64,000 nt of DNA. Origin: Lingula anatina. Lineage: Eukaryota > Animalia > Brachiopoda. Positions 23,603 through 36,676 of this stretch are shown one piece after another; position 1 is the stretch's first letter, and every line of letters starts with the position of its first letter. The position numbers were made by a program, and so were the translations under genes. The stretch spans positions 31,000,001 to 31,064,000 of the forward strand of contig CM120642.1 of the NCBI GenBank assembly GCA_051362555.1, given 5' to 3'. The notes under the pieces are model-generated. The model did no database searches and was not told the DNA's origin. It saw only the letters and a program-made list of their open reading frames with translations.

Positions 23603-26600
23603 TATTGCACATGTAGTGCACTGTAAGCCACGCACTGGTCTTATGTGTGAAATTTGTAGGTTCAATTGTGACTTTAGTATTGGGAATAAAATAATCATGT
23701 CGATCTTATTTTTGATTATTTGCATTGCTTTAAAGTTTAAGTTTTTACTGACGATTAATGTCACCGCAAGGTGCGCATGCTGCAAACCAGCCACGTCGTT
23801 ATCGACACGCACGGTTATTTCAAGTTATTTCAAAGAAAAATAATGTATACAGAATTTTGTCGCCACAAAGTCAGAATAAATTATTCCTGGTGTAGTCCAC
23901 ATTTTCCAGAGCAGCCATGTGTCCTGCACGTGCGTCATGCCCACTAACTACAGCGTAGTACCTCAGAAATCTATAAATAAATGGTTTTATCTCTTTCCTC
24001 ACTTGATTGACGGATATAAGCACAACCATTTGAAAACAATAGAATTTCGCCAACAGGATCACTATGTGCAAAACCCTCTCACTTATTTCCGACGGTGTGA
24101 CTTGTTAATTTTGTAATGGTTCTTTTTTTCTATTAAAGTCGATAGTTACGATTGCTTTACGGGAAGCAATAATGTCTACAATAAAACCAGCATTATATAT
24201 TTCATATCAGACTGCAAAGTGAATAACTCATATCAAATAACAGCTGTAACTGTTACAAATTACTGTTTAAATCAACCCTACAAATATAGACTTTTATAAA
24301 TTAATGTACATAATTGTAAGTTTTTTTTTCAAATTCAGTGACATTTATTACCATAGTTTATAGTTTTTTTGGTGCTGATATGAATTATTTTACATGTAGA
24401 ATGTGATATTATTTATAGTGCTGATATAAATTATTTTACATGTAGAATGTAATATAGTTTATATCAGCACTATATGTACGAACTACAGTCAAGTGGCGCC
24501 AATGTTTGTTATGACAATTTGGATAGAAATATAGATAATGCTGACAACCTTATGAAAACCAATCTATGTCCCCACCACAATTAAATAACAAATGGCACGT
24601 TTTTACTATAGACCTTCAGAAGGTCGCCCAAAAACAGCCCCATCAGCTTCCATTCAAATATATGGTATAATTGATAAATATATAAGACCAGCCTGCAATA
24701 CCCTTTAAACATAATTTTGCAACAAGCTGAATATTGTAAACTGTTCTCGACGCATTTCACCCGGCCATTGTGTTAACAGTTTCAGCACAACTTATGCATT
24801 TGAATTGCAAATAGATCTATCCAATCATCTGCACATATAGTAAATTGTTTTTTTTTTTAATCTTAATAACGATATCGAAGTGTTTCGCGTTTCCTTCATA
24901 TGATCTTTAAAAAGGTACTCACTTGGAGGTAAAAAAACAACTGATTTAAACTTTAAATGGGTCAAAAAGTTACAGATAAATAAAAATATATCGATAAATA
25001 AATGTCATACCACAATGGATAAAAATACGATGGTAAATATACTAGTGAATCAATATGTCGCTTATCCAAAAAGCTAATGAAAATCAAGTTATCCTTCAGG
25101 CAACAATTTAAAGTGTTTCTTACAATAGCTGGTTTAATTCATTGCGCCCTGTTGGAGAACGTGTCGGTATTGAATTCGCTGGGGTCACATTTATTTTAAA
25201 TGAGACGCAGAGCACATACATAAACTCTCGCTCTGTGGGATATTGTAGAGACGTGTGCAGGGGAGAAATAGTGTTTTTGAGGTCGAGGTTAAAGAAATGA
25301 GATCTGAAGAGTGGTTGAAGCAAGGTAGGTGCCTTTTCTCATGCTTTCTTTTCATGTGTGTTTATAATAGGTGTACTGTTTCTCTAGCTCTCTCGTACGC
25401 ACTCACATTCTCTCTCTCTCTCTCTCTCTCAAACACACACATACACAAACGCACATGCAGTCCAACACTCAAATGCCTACATAATAGTGTCATAAATTGC
25501 CATAAAGTGATTATATTTCAGGGATTAAAGCGCAAATTTTACAAGAGCTATGACTTGATTTATGCGTACGCAACTGTTTTAGTACAGTATGTATGTTATG
25601 CGCATTCTTGGCAGTAACAGAGACAGAATTGTGCATAAATATAGATCATATTACATGTACTGCATTGGCAAATACGTAAACCCACTTGTAACTGCTGAAA
25701 CATTAATCATGAGGTAACCGGTTTCATTACGTTGCGGTTTAGATGCTTTACAGTAAGTCTGACATAAATTAGCAAGGCGTAGGTAATGTGCACGTAATGT
25801 TTTAATGCAATAGAATAGCACGCTCAGTCAACTCGGATGGTGATAATCGAGTGACTGCAGATGTAAATGTTTAAATCTAGGCTGTTAATGTCTTTATACG
25901 AGAGCGATAATGTTAAAATAGCTTAAAGGATGGGATAAATATTCTGGCAATATTGTACAGGGTGAAGGGTTACCTGTGAAAAAAGCGTGAGACTTTTTAT
26001 ATTTCTGTTTGGTTTTCTTAACTAAAAAGTTGTTTTATTTGGTTGATTAATGGAAATAAATGGACAAAATCTGGACAGGTAGATTATACAAGGTATTATG
26101 AATTGATTTCTGTGTTCATTTATCTATCTATCTATCTATTTATTTATTTAGCAGTTGGGGCATTCCAACATTCTAAAAGGATGAATGTTTTGTAGGCTTA
26201 TCAACCATTTTAAAATGAAGGAAGTAAATATTTGTTTTTATTGGAACAGTCTTGTAACTTTTTGGTATTCGGGAACATCGAAAAAATGATTTTATTAAAA
26301 TCTGACGAAATACGACATCTAATTCTGCATGAAAACTCTGACAAATATATGTAATTAGAAAATATACTGCCATTACATGACAAATGAGTGAGCGGCCTAT
26401 TTCATGGTTCGAACATATTTTATAAATCGATCTTGTAAATACGATTGTAGGTTGTTTTACCGTATGGATATACAAGTATAACATTTGATATTTATCTTCA
26501 AGTTGAGATTATCGAAAAAAGCAAACGATCTGCCTTTATTATTATTATTTTTTTGTTCTCGGACACTATCATTGTCAAAGTGATTCATTAAAGACGATTC

Positions 26601-26672
26601 AGTGCTAACCGGGAGTTCATCATGGGAAATCATTTTTATACTCCGTTACATTTCAGGTGACAACGGTTCCAG

Positions 26673-29558
26673 ATGGCCAGACAGCGACTTCACGCAGTCC
26701 GTGACCATACCAAGGACGTGTTCCGAGACCTCAAATCGCTTTTTAGGCATTCAGCGTCCAAAAAGGAGGCAGACGACGCGGTGACTGCGTTAAGGAACAG
26801 CCTTGACGAATGGAGGAACGAAAGAATCGATATCGCCATATATGGGTACAACAAAGATCACCTCAAGTTATTGATAACACTTCTTCTCAACGCAGACGAC
26901 GAAGAAATATTCAAGCAACTAAAAAAGATAAAGACCAGAGGTATGTCACCTATCAAAACTTTGTCCCGTCAATCACCAGAAAAAAAGACGGTGACTGAAA
27001 CAGCAGAGTCTGTGGTACCAAAAGAAGCGGACAAGGATGAGTTTTGTGTCTCCTCGCATCAATTTCCTGAAAACTCAAAAGCAACACTTTGGGAAGTTCA
27101 CGTGCCAGAGACTGTGACTAAAACAGAACGTGCATTACGCCTTGAAACATTCTGCTTGTCACACCCGATCCAATTGGCTGTCTTCATACTGGATGATATT
27201 TCTATCACGGCTGATGATTGGTCTACCTCCATAACGAATTCCCTAGCAGAAAACATAAAGGTGCTTTATGTCAAAGTCGTAGGCGAAAATAGGATTGAAG
27301 GTAATGAGGTGCGACAGGAAAATCCTGACAGCCCTCACAGCTTAGAGTCTGGTATAATGTGTCTGTCCGGCGAAAAGAGCTCCACTGCGGCTGACATAGC
27401 TTCGAACGAAACAGATGATGCCAAGGAGCTTGAGAAATCTTATTCCCAGCATGTACCTGGGGACGTCACTCCCACTGATTGCTGTTTTGGCAAAAAAGGG
27501 CATATTGTTCCTGTGACAGAATTGAATACTCGATCCGATGACAATATGTTGTTACCTCAGCCAGGGGAGGGAGATGACATAATTCAGTGTCACTCTAGTG
27601 ACGAGGTGGGGTCTGATAGTCACAGAGATATTTCTGAGATTTTTACGGAACACCCGAATACACCTGTAACCGAGTCAGGCGCGGTGAAAGACCAAGATAC
27701 AGCTGTTAATCATACTGGAACCATATCCTATGGGAGCCAATCAGTCGAAGAACCAACGTCTACTACTCTGTCTGGTGGACATCCATTGCCAGCATCCAGT
27801 CAGGATCCAAATAACGAGCAAGATTTTTCGAGTTTAACAGAAAAAGATACAACTGAAATAGAACCATCGCCATCCAGCGAGCTGGCTTTAAGCAAACCAG
27901 TTTTAACGCCTGACATTGAAAACAAAGGTGAACTACCAAAGTCATCATCACACCATGATACAGGTGATGGCGATAACAACGAATGTCTGGTTGTTGAAAA
28001 CCAATTGTTAATATCAGAAGACGTAACAAATGTTGACCCTGAAAGACCATCGACGATGCAGTTCTCCTCTGCTGACGAAACAAGTTCACTGCCAAATGAT
28101 GACATGACCATAATAAATCGAGATTCAACGTTGGACCGAAAACCATCTTACAAAGAACCCCTACAGGATCTTGAAAGAACAACAAGCCTTCAAAGTGAAA
28201 ATACAACCGAGTCGTCTCCATCGTCCATTATAACAATAGGTGAAGAACCAAGGAACGATTCCAATCCATCTGAAAAAGAAAGTGAAAGAGCAACTGGCAA
28301 TGACGAAGATTCTGCAACCACTGATGAGTTTGAGTATACCAGTAGTATCACAGATGATGTTAACCGTGATGCTGGGAATGGTGGGAACGATGGTGATTAT
28401 GAGACGTCTGCAAAGTGTGGGGACGTGGAGACAATTAGTGACCTACGCCATGATACTGGGGCCGAACCTGTTTGCGACGATACGAAGGAAAGCACAAAAC
28501 CTGATACAGTTAGCCCTAAAATGATAATCTTCGATGTTGATGAAGCTCTTGCCAAAAGTGGGCGAATTGAAAAGGCACTGAGAATTCAACATGTTGATGC
28601 GTTCTTTGGAGGCATCGGGAAAAAATTGAAAGGACATTTTAAGGGAGGTAAAGCAAAAGTGAAGAGAGTAGCAAACAGAATCCCCATTGGAGGGAAATCA
28701 ACCGACAGGAAGTTTATTGAAGAGGTCGACGATGTTGAAATACGTAACTTGTCATCTGCAACGTTCTACAATAAGTCGATTCAAGAAGCACTGTTTGGAA
28801 TAGTCACAAAATTGGAGAAGAAGAAAAGTGAGGCATTCGTGTACACTATACACGGGTCCTACTATGAAGACATATTAGAATCAAAGGCTGACTGGATGTT
28901 AAAGAGGTCTAAAAATATCGCTGCGCTGTCGGCGGTGGGTGGGGCGGTGCCTGTTCCCGGCGTGTCGGCAGTATTGGATGTGTCCCTTTTGTTGAAAGAA
29001 ATTATTTTCTTCAGGTGTGTTAAATATTTATTTATTTATTTATTTATTTATTGCTCTCAAAGTCAATAACTCTTCATTCTATGTTTATAGCCAGTGGGAA
29101 AAGTACAATGGTAAGCACCAATATATCGTAAAAAGTTTTCATGTCTCAATATTAACAAGTGCAATAAATATAAAAAAACGAACTCTAATGAAATCTTTCT
29201 CTCTTTTTTCAGAAAACAGTTTGGACTTGACGAGGTAGCCCTAAAGCGTTTGCGCAGAAGCTCGGGTGTAAACCCAAAAGCTCTAGAAGAAATACTGAAA
29301 GACTGCGCATGTCTTGCGCTGGACAAAAAGACCCTGATAGAGCTCGGTAAACGTTTTGCTGTTCAAACAGCCGTGGAAGAGATTTCTCGATTAATTCCCG
29401 TCGTTGGCAGCATTGTAGCTGGTGGGATTTCATTCTACACGTCGCTTAAAATACTCGAGTTATTGATTAATGATATGAAGGAAGCTTCATTTAAAATCGG
29501 TGCATTGCTCGAGTGCCTTACATCTACAAAAGAATTTGAAATGACACAAGACGGGTGA
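26673..29558 (+). CDS. Immunity-related GTPase (IRG/IIGP)-like protein with degenerate G domain and long acidic insertion, ~895 aa; exons 26673-29014 and 29213-29558
   Basis: N-terminus LDEWRNERIDIAIYG. C-terminal IRG signatures SAVGGAVPVPGVSAVLDVSLLLKEIIFFRKQFGLDEVALKRL and IPVVGSIVAGGISF. A phase-2 GT..AG intron (29015-29212) joins the frames exactly. A splice acceptor at 26656 implies an upstream 5'UTR exon (possible donor at 25325). Confidence 0.85.
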
Positions 29559-29614
29559 AAAGTTCGATATACATGGTTTAAATAAGAGTTTAATAGTCAG
29601 TCAAAAAAAAAAGT

Positions 29615-29766
29615 CAGGCCCGAAGCCAGGGGTGTGTGTGGGTGGGAGGGGGTTGGAAGTTCTAACGAACCGGACCCAGAAAAACGTCTGCTCGATGTAA
29701 ATTTGAGTGTAAAAGGTCCCATTTTTTTTAAACAACGCCGATTTGAAATTGTTATCTACGGGCCTG
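29615..29766 (-). mobile_element. MITE, CAGGCCCGTAG family, diverged copy
   Basis: Ends CAGGCCCGAAG / CTACGGGCCTG; opposite orientation to 42942-43117. Confidence 0.7.
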
Positions 29767-31282
29767 ACAATGGAAATGAATCACAACAAACAGAGAAGTT
29801 TTTTTCCACCATGACAACAAAATTGATTTTTTTTGTAAGAGAAATACATATATAATATGCAAGAACGAGGTAATAATTAAAATGACAGTCCGGTATTACC
29901 TGTATAGCTGATCTTAAGGCAGAAATGAGGGTCAGTGACCCAATAGTCTGTATCCCTTCATTTTTGATATTATGTACAGAATACCAAGGTAAATAAGAAA
30001 CTTCACTCTCCCACAACCAAAAAGCGTTTATTATTTTTAGCATTTTAAAGATTGCCATCTACATTATCTGAACACTTCTAGAGTACATGCATGTAGTGAA
30101 TACTAATAAACCACATAGTAAATATCAATAAAGCACAATATATAGCTTAACACATTATTTCAGAGTCCTTTACCGATTGATTTCAAATATATCGGTCTAA
30201 GTGGTAGTTTTCTGCCTTCTTTTCTAGGCGTTTAAAGGTCAATGTTAAGCAATTTGGTCGTACACATTGACGTCAGGTAGACAATCAGTGGTCTACGTTG
30301 TGCCGTCTTTGAAAGTAATCCAAGTTATAGGCCTATATCTGTACAACTCGAATATACATGTACTGTACCGGTAACTGTAAGCAACTACGGACTGTGTAAT
30401 GACCTACTGAGAGTTGACGTTCCCTCAAATGTTCAGATGTTCCCCTAGCATGAAAAACTTTGGGATACTTATATAACCGGTAGTTATAGTTAATGTGGCT
30501 GCTATGGTGTTCAAATCCTGAAAAGATTATGATGGCGATCATGAACGATTATGGCGAATGTAAGCGATAATATTGTGATACATGAGAGAGAAAACGTTAA
30601 TTGCGTACACACACTCGGAAGAAAATACAATAATTTCCAAAATGACTGGTACCATTCTTTCAGATGTACTGTAGTCTCGCCCAGTCAAATAATACTGAAT
30701 GTTAGATAATAGCAAAATAAAACAGTTAACAGTTCTATAAAAACTAGCCAACACTGAAAACCATGCAAACATTGTCAAACTACATATGTTACAAAGGCTA
30801 ATATTATCTTTAAATGCAACTCTATAGCATGCATATATATGACAGGATACTAAAAGTGTATGAATGATATCCTAAAACTGCAACAAGAATGTAGACAGAG
30901 ATAAAAATAATACAGGTACTGATACGGCCTAATATAAAGAATAATTAAAATAAAAAGCAATCTAATGTACGATTAAAATTCATTTTGACAGATCTGCATT
31001 ACTTAAGTCAATAATCCAATTGGTTCAAATCATATTTATTCAGAATAAGCTCTTATATTTAACGCGAAGCATAAAGACAATTAATGTATAAGCCCAAAAC
31101 ACACATACACAAAATCTAATTAATCAATTGCAAGATCGAAACACACACTCATATAAGCATATGCAAACATTTCGAAATTCTATATAGGCCTACAATCACC
31201 TCAACTGAAGCACAATCAAAAAGACCCAACAGCAGTGCACACGCGCAACGATATGTGATGCAAATATTTACTTGATAATATA

Positions 31283-32599
31283 CACTGATGCTCATAAGTT
31301 AAGCAACACTTTCTTATTTCTCGAATTTCTCAGCAACCAAAATTTTTATTGAGGCAAAATTTGTACCATAGCTAGATATTTCTCTTGTTTTTACTTTGAC
31401 TTACTGGACCGTGACATTAGAGTACTATTTACTGTTGGACACGATAGAATATGCAATGGGGGTCCCACTTGCGAAAAACACAGTTTGGCCATGCCATGAG
31501 GAGCTTCCAGTTTGGATAGTTTCATGGGCACAATTTGTTATTTTGGACCAACCAACGGTTATAAGAGGACTCAGCGAGGTAACCAGATGGCAAATAATGG
31601 GAAGCCATCGTGATGGGGTGCCAAAGAGACAGATTACAAGGCAGCAAAAAAGTAGCACCAAGTCAAGTGTCCAAGCTGGTAGCAAAATGGCGCCAAACTC
31701 ATCATAATATTGGACAAGCCTCTTTCTGGTAGAATAATATTAACCGACGCAAGAGATGAAGATATCTGGTTCGATTATGCCACCAGGACCAGTTCATATC
31801 AGCCAAACAATGAAAAATTGGCACCGTACGTCATTCAAGGGAGGTGCCCTGGTCAACAATACAGAGACGAAATACCATTGGGGTGCATACAATCACACAT
31901 TCAAGCAAATCCAGAAAGAAAAATCATTTTGGTGCAGGACAATGCGCCCATCCAGAAAGCACGGTCCGTCCAAGACGCGCTGCAACAGCGCGGTATCCCA
32001 CATTTGGATTGGCCTGCATATTTACCAATTCTCAATGTAATAGAACATGCTTAGGATATGATTGACAGGGTAGTAAATGAGAGACAACCTTCAGTTAGAA
32101 ACATTAGAGAGGTCCAGCAGGCAGTAAATGAAGAATGGAACCGGCTCTCAAAGCAAGATTGGCAGAATTTGGTGGCAAGTTGCAGGAGACAATGTGAAGC
32201 TGTTGTTCAAAACCAGGGAAGGCATACCCGATATTTATTGCATAATAGACGATTAATCATCTATTATCTACAGTCTTCTTTTATTAAAACTAATTCTTAG
32301 ATGATCGAACTTTATTTTTTCATAATAAGCTGTTTTAATCAGCACGTACTTTTTGCTGTGTGAGCATACTTTTTTGACACATAGTTTGGCATATTTTAGT
32401 ACCGTTTGGTTAATAAAGTTATTTTGATTATTACAATAAGCTATGTCGTGTATATATTTAACAGAAATATTCAACTTGAATAAGCTATTTATAAAATATG
32501 AAAGAAATATGCATAACCCCACCAACAAATGAAATAATGATCATGATAGAAGAAACTTTTGAAAAAATCGGGGTGTTGCTTAACTTATGAGCATCAGTG
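31283..32599 (+). mobile_element. Tc1 (DD34E) element, internally deleted and decayed
   Basis: Perfect 27-bp TIRs CACTGATGCTCATAAGTTAAGCAACAC with TA on both flanks. QDNAP..WPAYLPILNVIEHA* (D-34-E), then RCEAVVQNQGRHTRY-like C-terminus. Confidence 0.93.
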
Positions 32600-33197
32600 T
32601 AAATTAAAACACTACACCTCTCGTGCAAAACAAAAGGGACAAAATTATTCATGATTTAAATAAGTATATACACGTACACAATCATATCACAATCTAAAAT
32701 ACTATTAAGAGAAATAATCAAAATTTAGGTTAGGGAAATACTGGAACCAAAAATTCAAAATTGAAAAATATTGATACTAGCAAGACATAATAGGCGCCCT
32801 TTTCATTATCAGTCATTGTAATTAATTGAATATATCCATATAATAGCTGAATGATCAAGGGCATGCCTTCAAATGTAAGTCATATCATAAATAAGTGGGT
32901 GTGTCCAACTTTAAAGAACTAAGGATGCAGATATTGCAACTTTCATACTAAGTGATAACACCCTCATGATTTTGTACAATGGAAAAAGCAGCGCAGATAA
33001 ATTTCAGCGGACTTCAATTTATTGACGGCTTATGAGCTTGCATTTTAGAATCAAAATCTGCACGTACAAGTTCGAGAGATGCCAGTTTTAAGAACTGTTT
33101 TTTTTAATATTGTGTACTGTTTAATTAGATATTGTACCGTTCTATTAATGAAATGAATATGCTTTTTTAGAATCAATGTAACCAAAACTTAAAATTT

Positions 33198-36100
33198 TCA
33201 TTGCATCTGGGTCTTAAGGTAGCGTTCCTTCCACAGAGAAATCCATTTGCCAACGTCTTCCGATGATCGTACACCTCTTATTTTCTTATTTGCCAGAATT
33301 TTCTGCCCATCTTCCGTCAGTTCCATAGGAATGACTTTCTCAACGTTGGGTACATCCTTAACTTTCGGTAGCAAGTCCGCAATATTTCCTCCGTTTTTCA
33401 TAGAACGGTCGCTTGCTGCAAGCATGCATTTGCTAAAGCAGAGAAGGACTGGTCGCCCCACCGACAGGATATGCTTCCTTTCATCCTCAAAGTTCCTGTC
33501 GGTCATACCATTAAAACTGAAAACCCATACCAACAGATCAGCTGATTTTCCAAACTCAGTGGATAACTTGGAAATTGTTTCTTTAATGGCGGTTGTGGCT
33601 GGCATATCTACCAACTAAAAGAGGAAATAAAGGAATAAGAAACTAGAAAGACACGAACAGGGAGCTTAAAAACTGGGGGCTCAGACTGCTGACCAGGAAT
33701 CACAATTATTATTGTAATTCATTAATTAGTAATCATCTCTCAATTAATTTATTAATTCAGAAAGTAAGATTTCTTTCATAATCAATTTACCAACAAGCTA
33801 ATCAATTCCCATAGAACTGCGTTCAGAAATTAATTAATCTCCACCAAAATCTATTCCATTTCTGACATATCCTGAAAAATTCACTGAAATCCCTCCAGAA
33901 CTTTTGGATAATAAATTTTTAATTTAAAAATGGATTATCATTCAAATCTAATCATATTTAGTTGTTACTAGCCCGATTGTTTCCATATTTTCACCAAAAT
34001 CCATATTTTCCATAATGTTGTTCTTAGACAAACGGACAAACATACAAATGGAACCAAAGACTATCTCCTTGCAACTGGCGGGGGCAAGATGAGAAAGTGT
34101 TCAGGAATGGGATAAAAACTCAGAATTTATTGCCTATACATACTTTAACTTTGTATAAGTTTTCATTATATTCCGTCCAATTTTAAAAGAGTTTTGAGCA
34201 ATTATGTTAAAAAGGCCCTATCTCGAAATGTTATGAACCATTTAACATGGCGTTAAATTCGGATCCAGATCTGGATTAACCTCAAGAACTAATTGGTTCC
34301 TCCGAGGCCATGTCCAATCATACTTCCCAAAACCAAAATTAGGACGATCGATAAAAGCTGGTCTCTAGTGTGTGTCACGGATCTATCTTTGGATTCTCAA
34401 ATGTAGTTGGACGACTGCATAAAGTGATGACGTTATTGAACAGGTAAACATGATGTAATTACCCATTTTATACCTTATTAAAAGACTATTATAATTCATA
34501 AGAATATCGAAATTATAATTATTTAATTAAGATACTTATATAAACAAAAGTTAAAAACGGGTTTCATTTATATTTTACATAAAACATTCTATCATAGTAA
34601 TTAAACACCACCTGTATTTAAGCAATAGCCCACAGTATATGCTATAGAACACACATAGTGAGAATGCGTTGAAAATATGCTTAAACAATATAAGTAAGCA
34701 ATTAAATTAACAGATACGCAGTTTAAGTTACGATCTTGATACACTAAGAAAGATGTTAAAACGTGAACAAGTGGCGAAATTCTAAATGTTATACTAACGT
34801 TAATGACATGATGCCCCACGGTGTACTTGTACAGAGTTGGCTTCTCAGTAAGATTGCTATAGCCACTGTCTGCAGCTTGACCTTCCACTCCTGTCAGCTG
34901 CTGGACGAGGGTCGTCTTGCCGTGATTCTGTTGACCAACCACGAGGATAAATATTTCATTCAAAAGTAATCCTCTCATTCGGTGAATAATGCATACAGCA
35001 TGCAGGCGTTGAGACAGCTGGTGGTGTGTTTCGTCAGTGATCATTTTGCTTTGTTTGAAAATTTTTGTTTCGTGGACAGAAAGCAGATCTTGATCAATAA
35101 TTTGTTCACGTTTTGCTATTTCGTGAATTTTTTTCTCAAGTTTACAGTTGCACGATATACCAGCGTTTTCTTCATTTAACAAAATGTTCAAAATTGATAT
35201 CAGTACTGCTCGGTATTGCTCCGCCACGGTTTCTTTCCTTTTTGTAACATAATATGTCACCGCACCCGCACCTACACCAACTGCACCTGCTCCTGCTGCT
35301 GCTGCCGCATTTAGTACTGGTAAACTAGATGCAGCTAATGTGGTAGAAATGACATCTGAGCCAATGGCAACTCCTGAAAAATAAATCGAGATGCATGATA
35401 AAACCTTTGAATATCTTACATAGTAAAATGTAGAGCAGTTTGTATCTTGAACACAAGCCGCTAGCATTCTTTCTTTGATATTCTTTTTAAATAAATTGGT
35501 TTTATTTTCACTCCACACGTACAGCCAAGTGGTGCTGATTTTCATGGACATGCAATGCACTGTTGAATGTTCGGGAAACTAAACACTGTGAATAAAATTG
35601 GAGTCATTTGACTCTCTAGTTAGTGTCCAGCACCCCTTGACCCTTATGGAGTTCATTTGACTCCTATGTAAGGGTCAAATACCCCACTACCAGAGTCTTT
35701 AGACTCTCTTATCAGAGTCAATCACCCCTTGGCTCTCATGGAGTCAATCTGTCTCTAAATTAGAGTCAAATTACCGTGGGCCAGTGTCTGGCTGACCCCT
35801 TTCACCGTCTCTTTCCGCCCGCTGGACAGAAAGACTCGTTTTATTAGTTGTAATGGCAGTGAGCAGACGGCGCGGAGAGAACAGTTTTCATCATCCTTTA
35901 TCAGTATAAACATTACTTCATTGGCCATAGTTGATTTTATGCATTAACGAGTGGTTTTCTGTGTGTTTCTGCATTCAGAACTCGTGCCCGGGCTTTCAGT
36001 TGCCACACCCTTTACGCGATATGTTGGTATACAGGTCAGCAGGTTTTGTTTCCAGGTTGTAGATATGATCCACCAATGCATGGTATGTCTTGCTGCTTAT

Positions 36101-36632
36101 TACCAGATTTACAAATTAATTGTTATTGCTGCAACCACACCATATCCGACCGGATGGCGTAATGGTTAGGGTGTCCTCCTCCGGAGCGGAAGGAAGTGCG
36201 TTCGAACCCATTCGCCGACATATCAGTCTTTAATAAGTAATACCTGCTGTTTTCCCGATTGTCACTGTTACTGTTGATGTTTTGGTTATTATGGTATGGA
36301 AGCGTATAAGTGCCACAACACACAACAAAATCGCTCAACACACAACACAATTTCAACACGACACATTTAACTTCTCGACACAACACCAAAGAAAATCGCA
36401 ACACAACACATTAACTTCTCGACACAACGGAAATAGATGGCGCTTTCGGCGCGGACGTCTTGGAAAAGCCGCGAAAACCCACATAACGATTCTGTGATTG
36501 TTTCCTTATTTTCTCAAGGCATTTATAATAATGTGTCACTTTTGGGTCCAGGAAAAGCGCACTTTTGAAAACATTGTATTACAGAGAAGTTTTAATATCG
36601 GATAATCTGTTGTGAATGTCACATATTCTATG

Positions 36633-36676
<44 letters not shown>

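Noticed and set aside
29015-29069. End of the 798-aa ORF (CVKYLFIYLFIYCSQSQ)
   Set aside because: Read-through into an intron; splicing to 29213 restores the IRG motif FRKQFGLD.
35374-35560. N-terminal part of the 319-aa ORF
   Set aside because: Intronic sequence upstream of the acceptor at 35374-35376.
36148-36220. Possible tRNA gene
   Set aside because: A and B boxes are present, but the acceptor stem does not pair and a SINE-like body follows.
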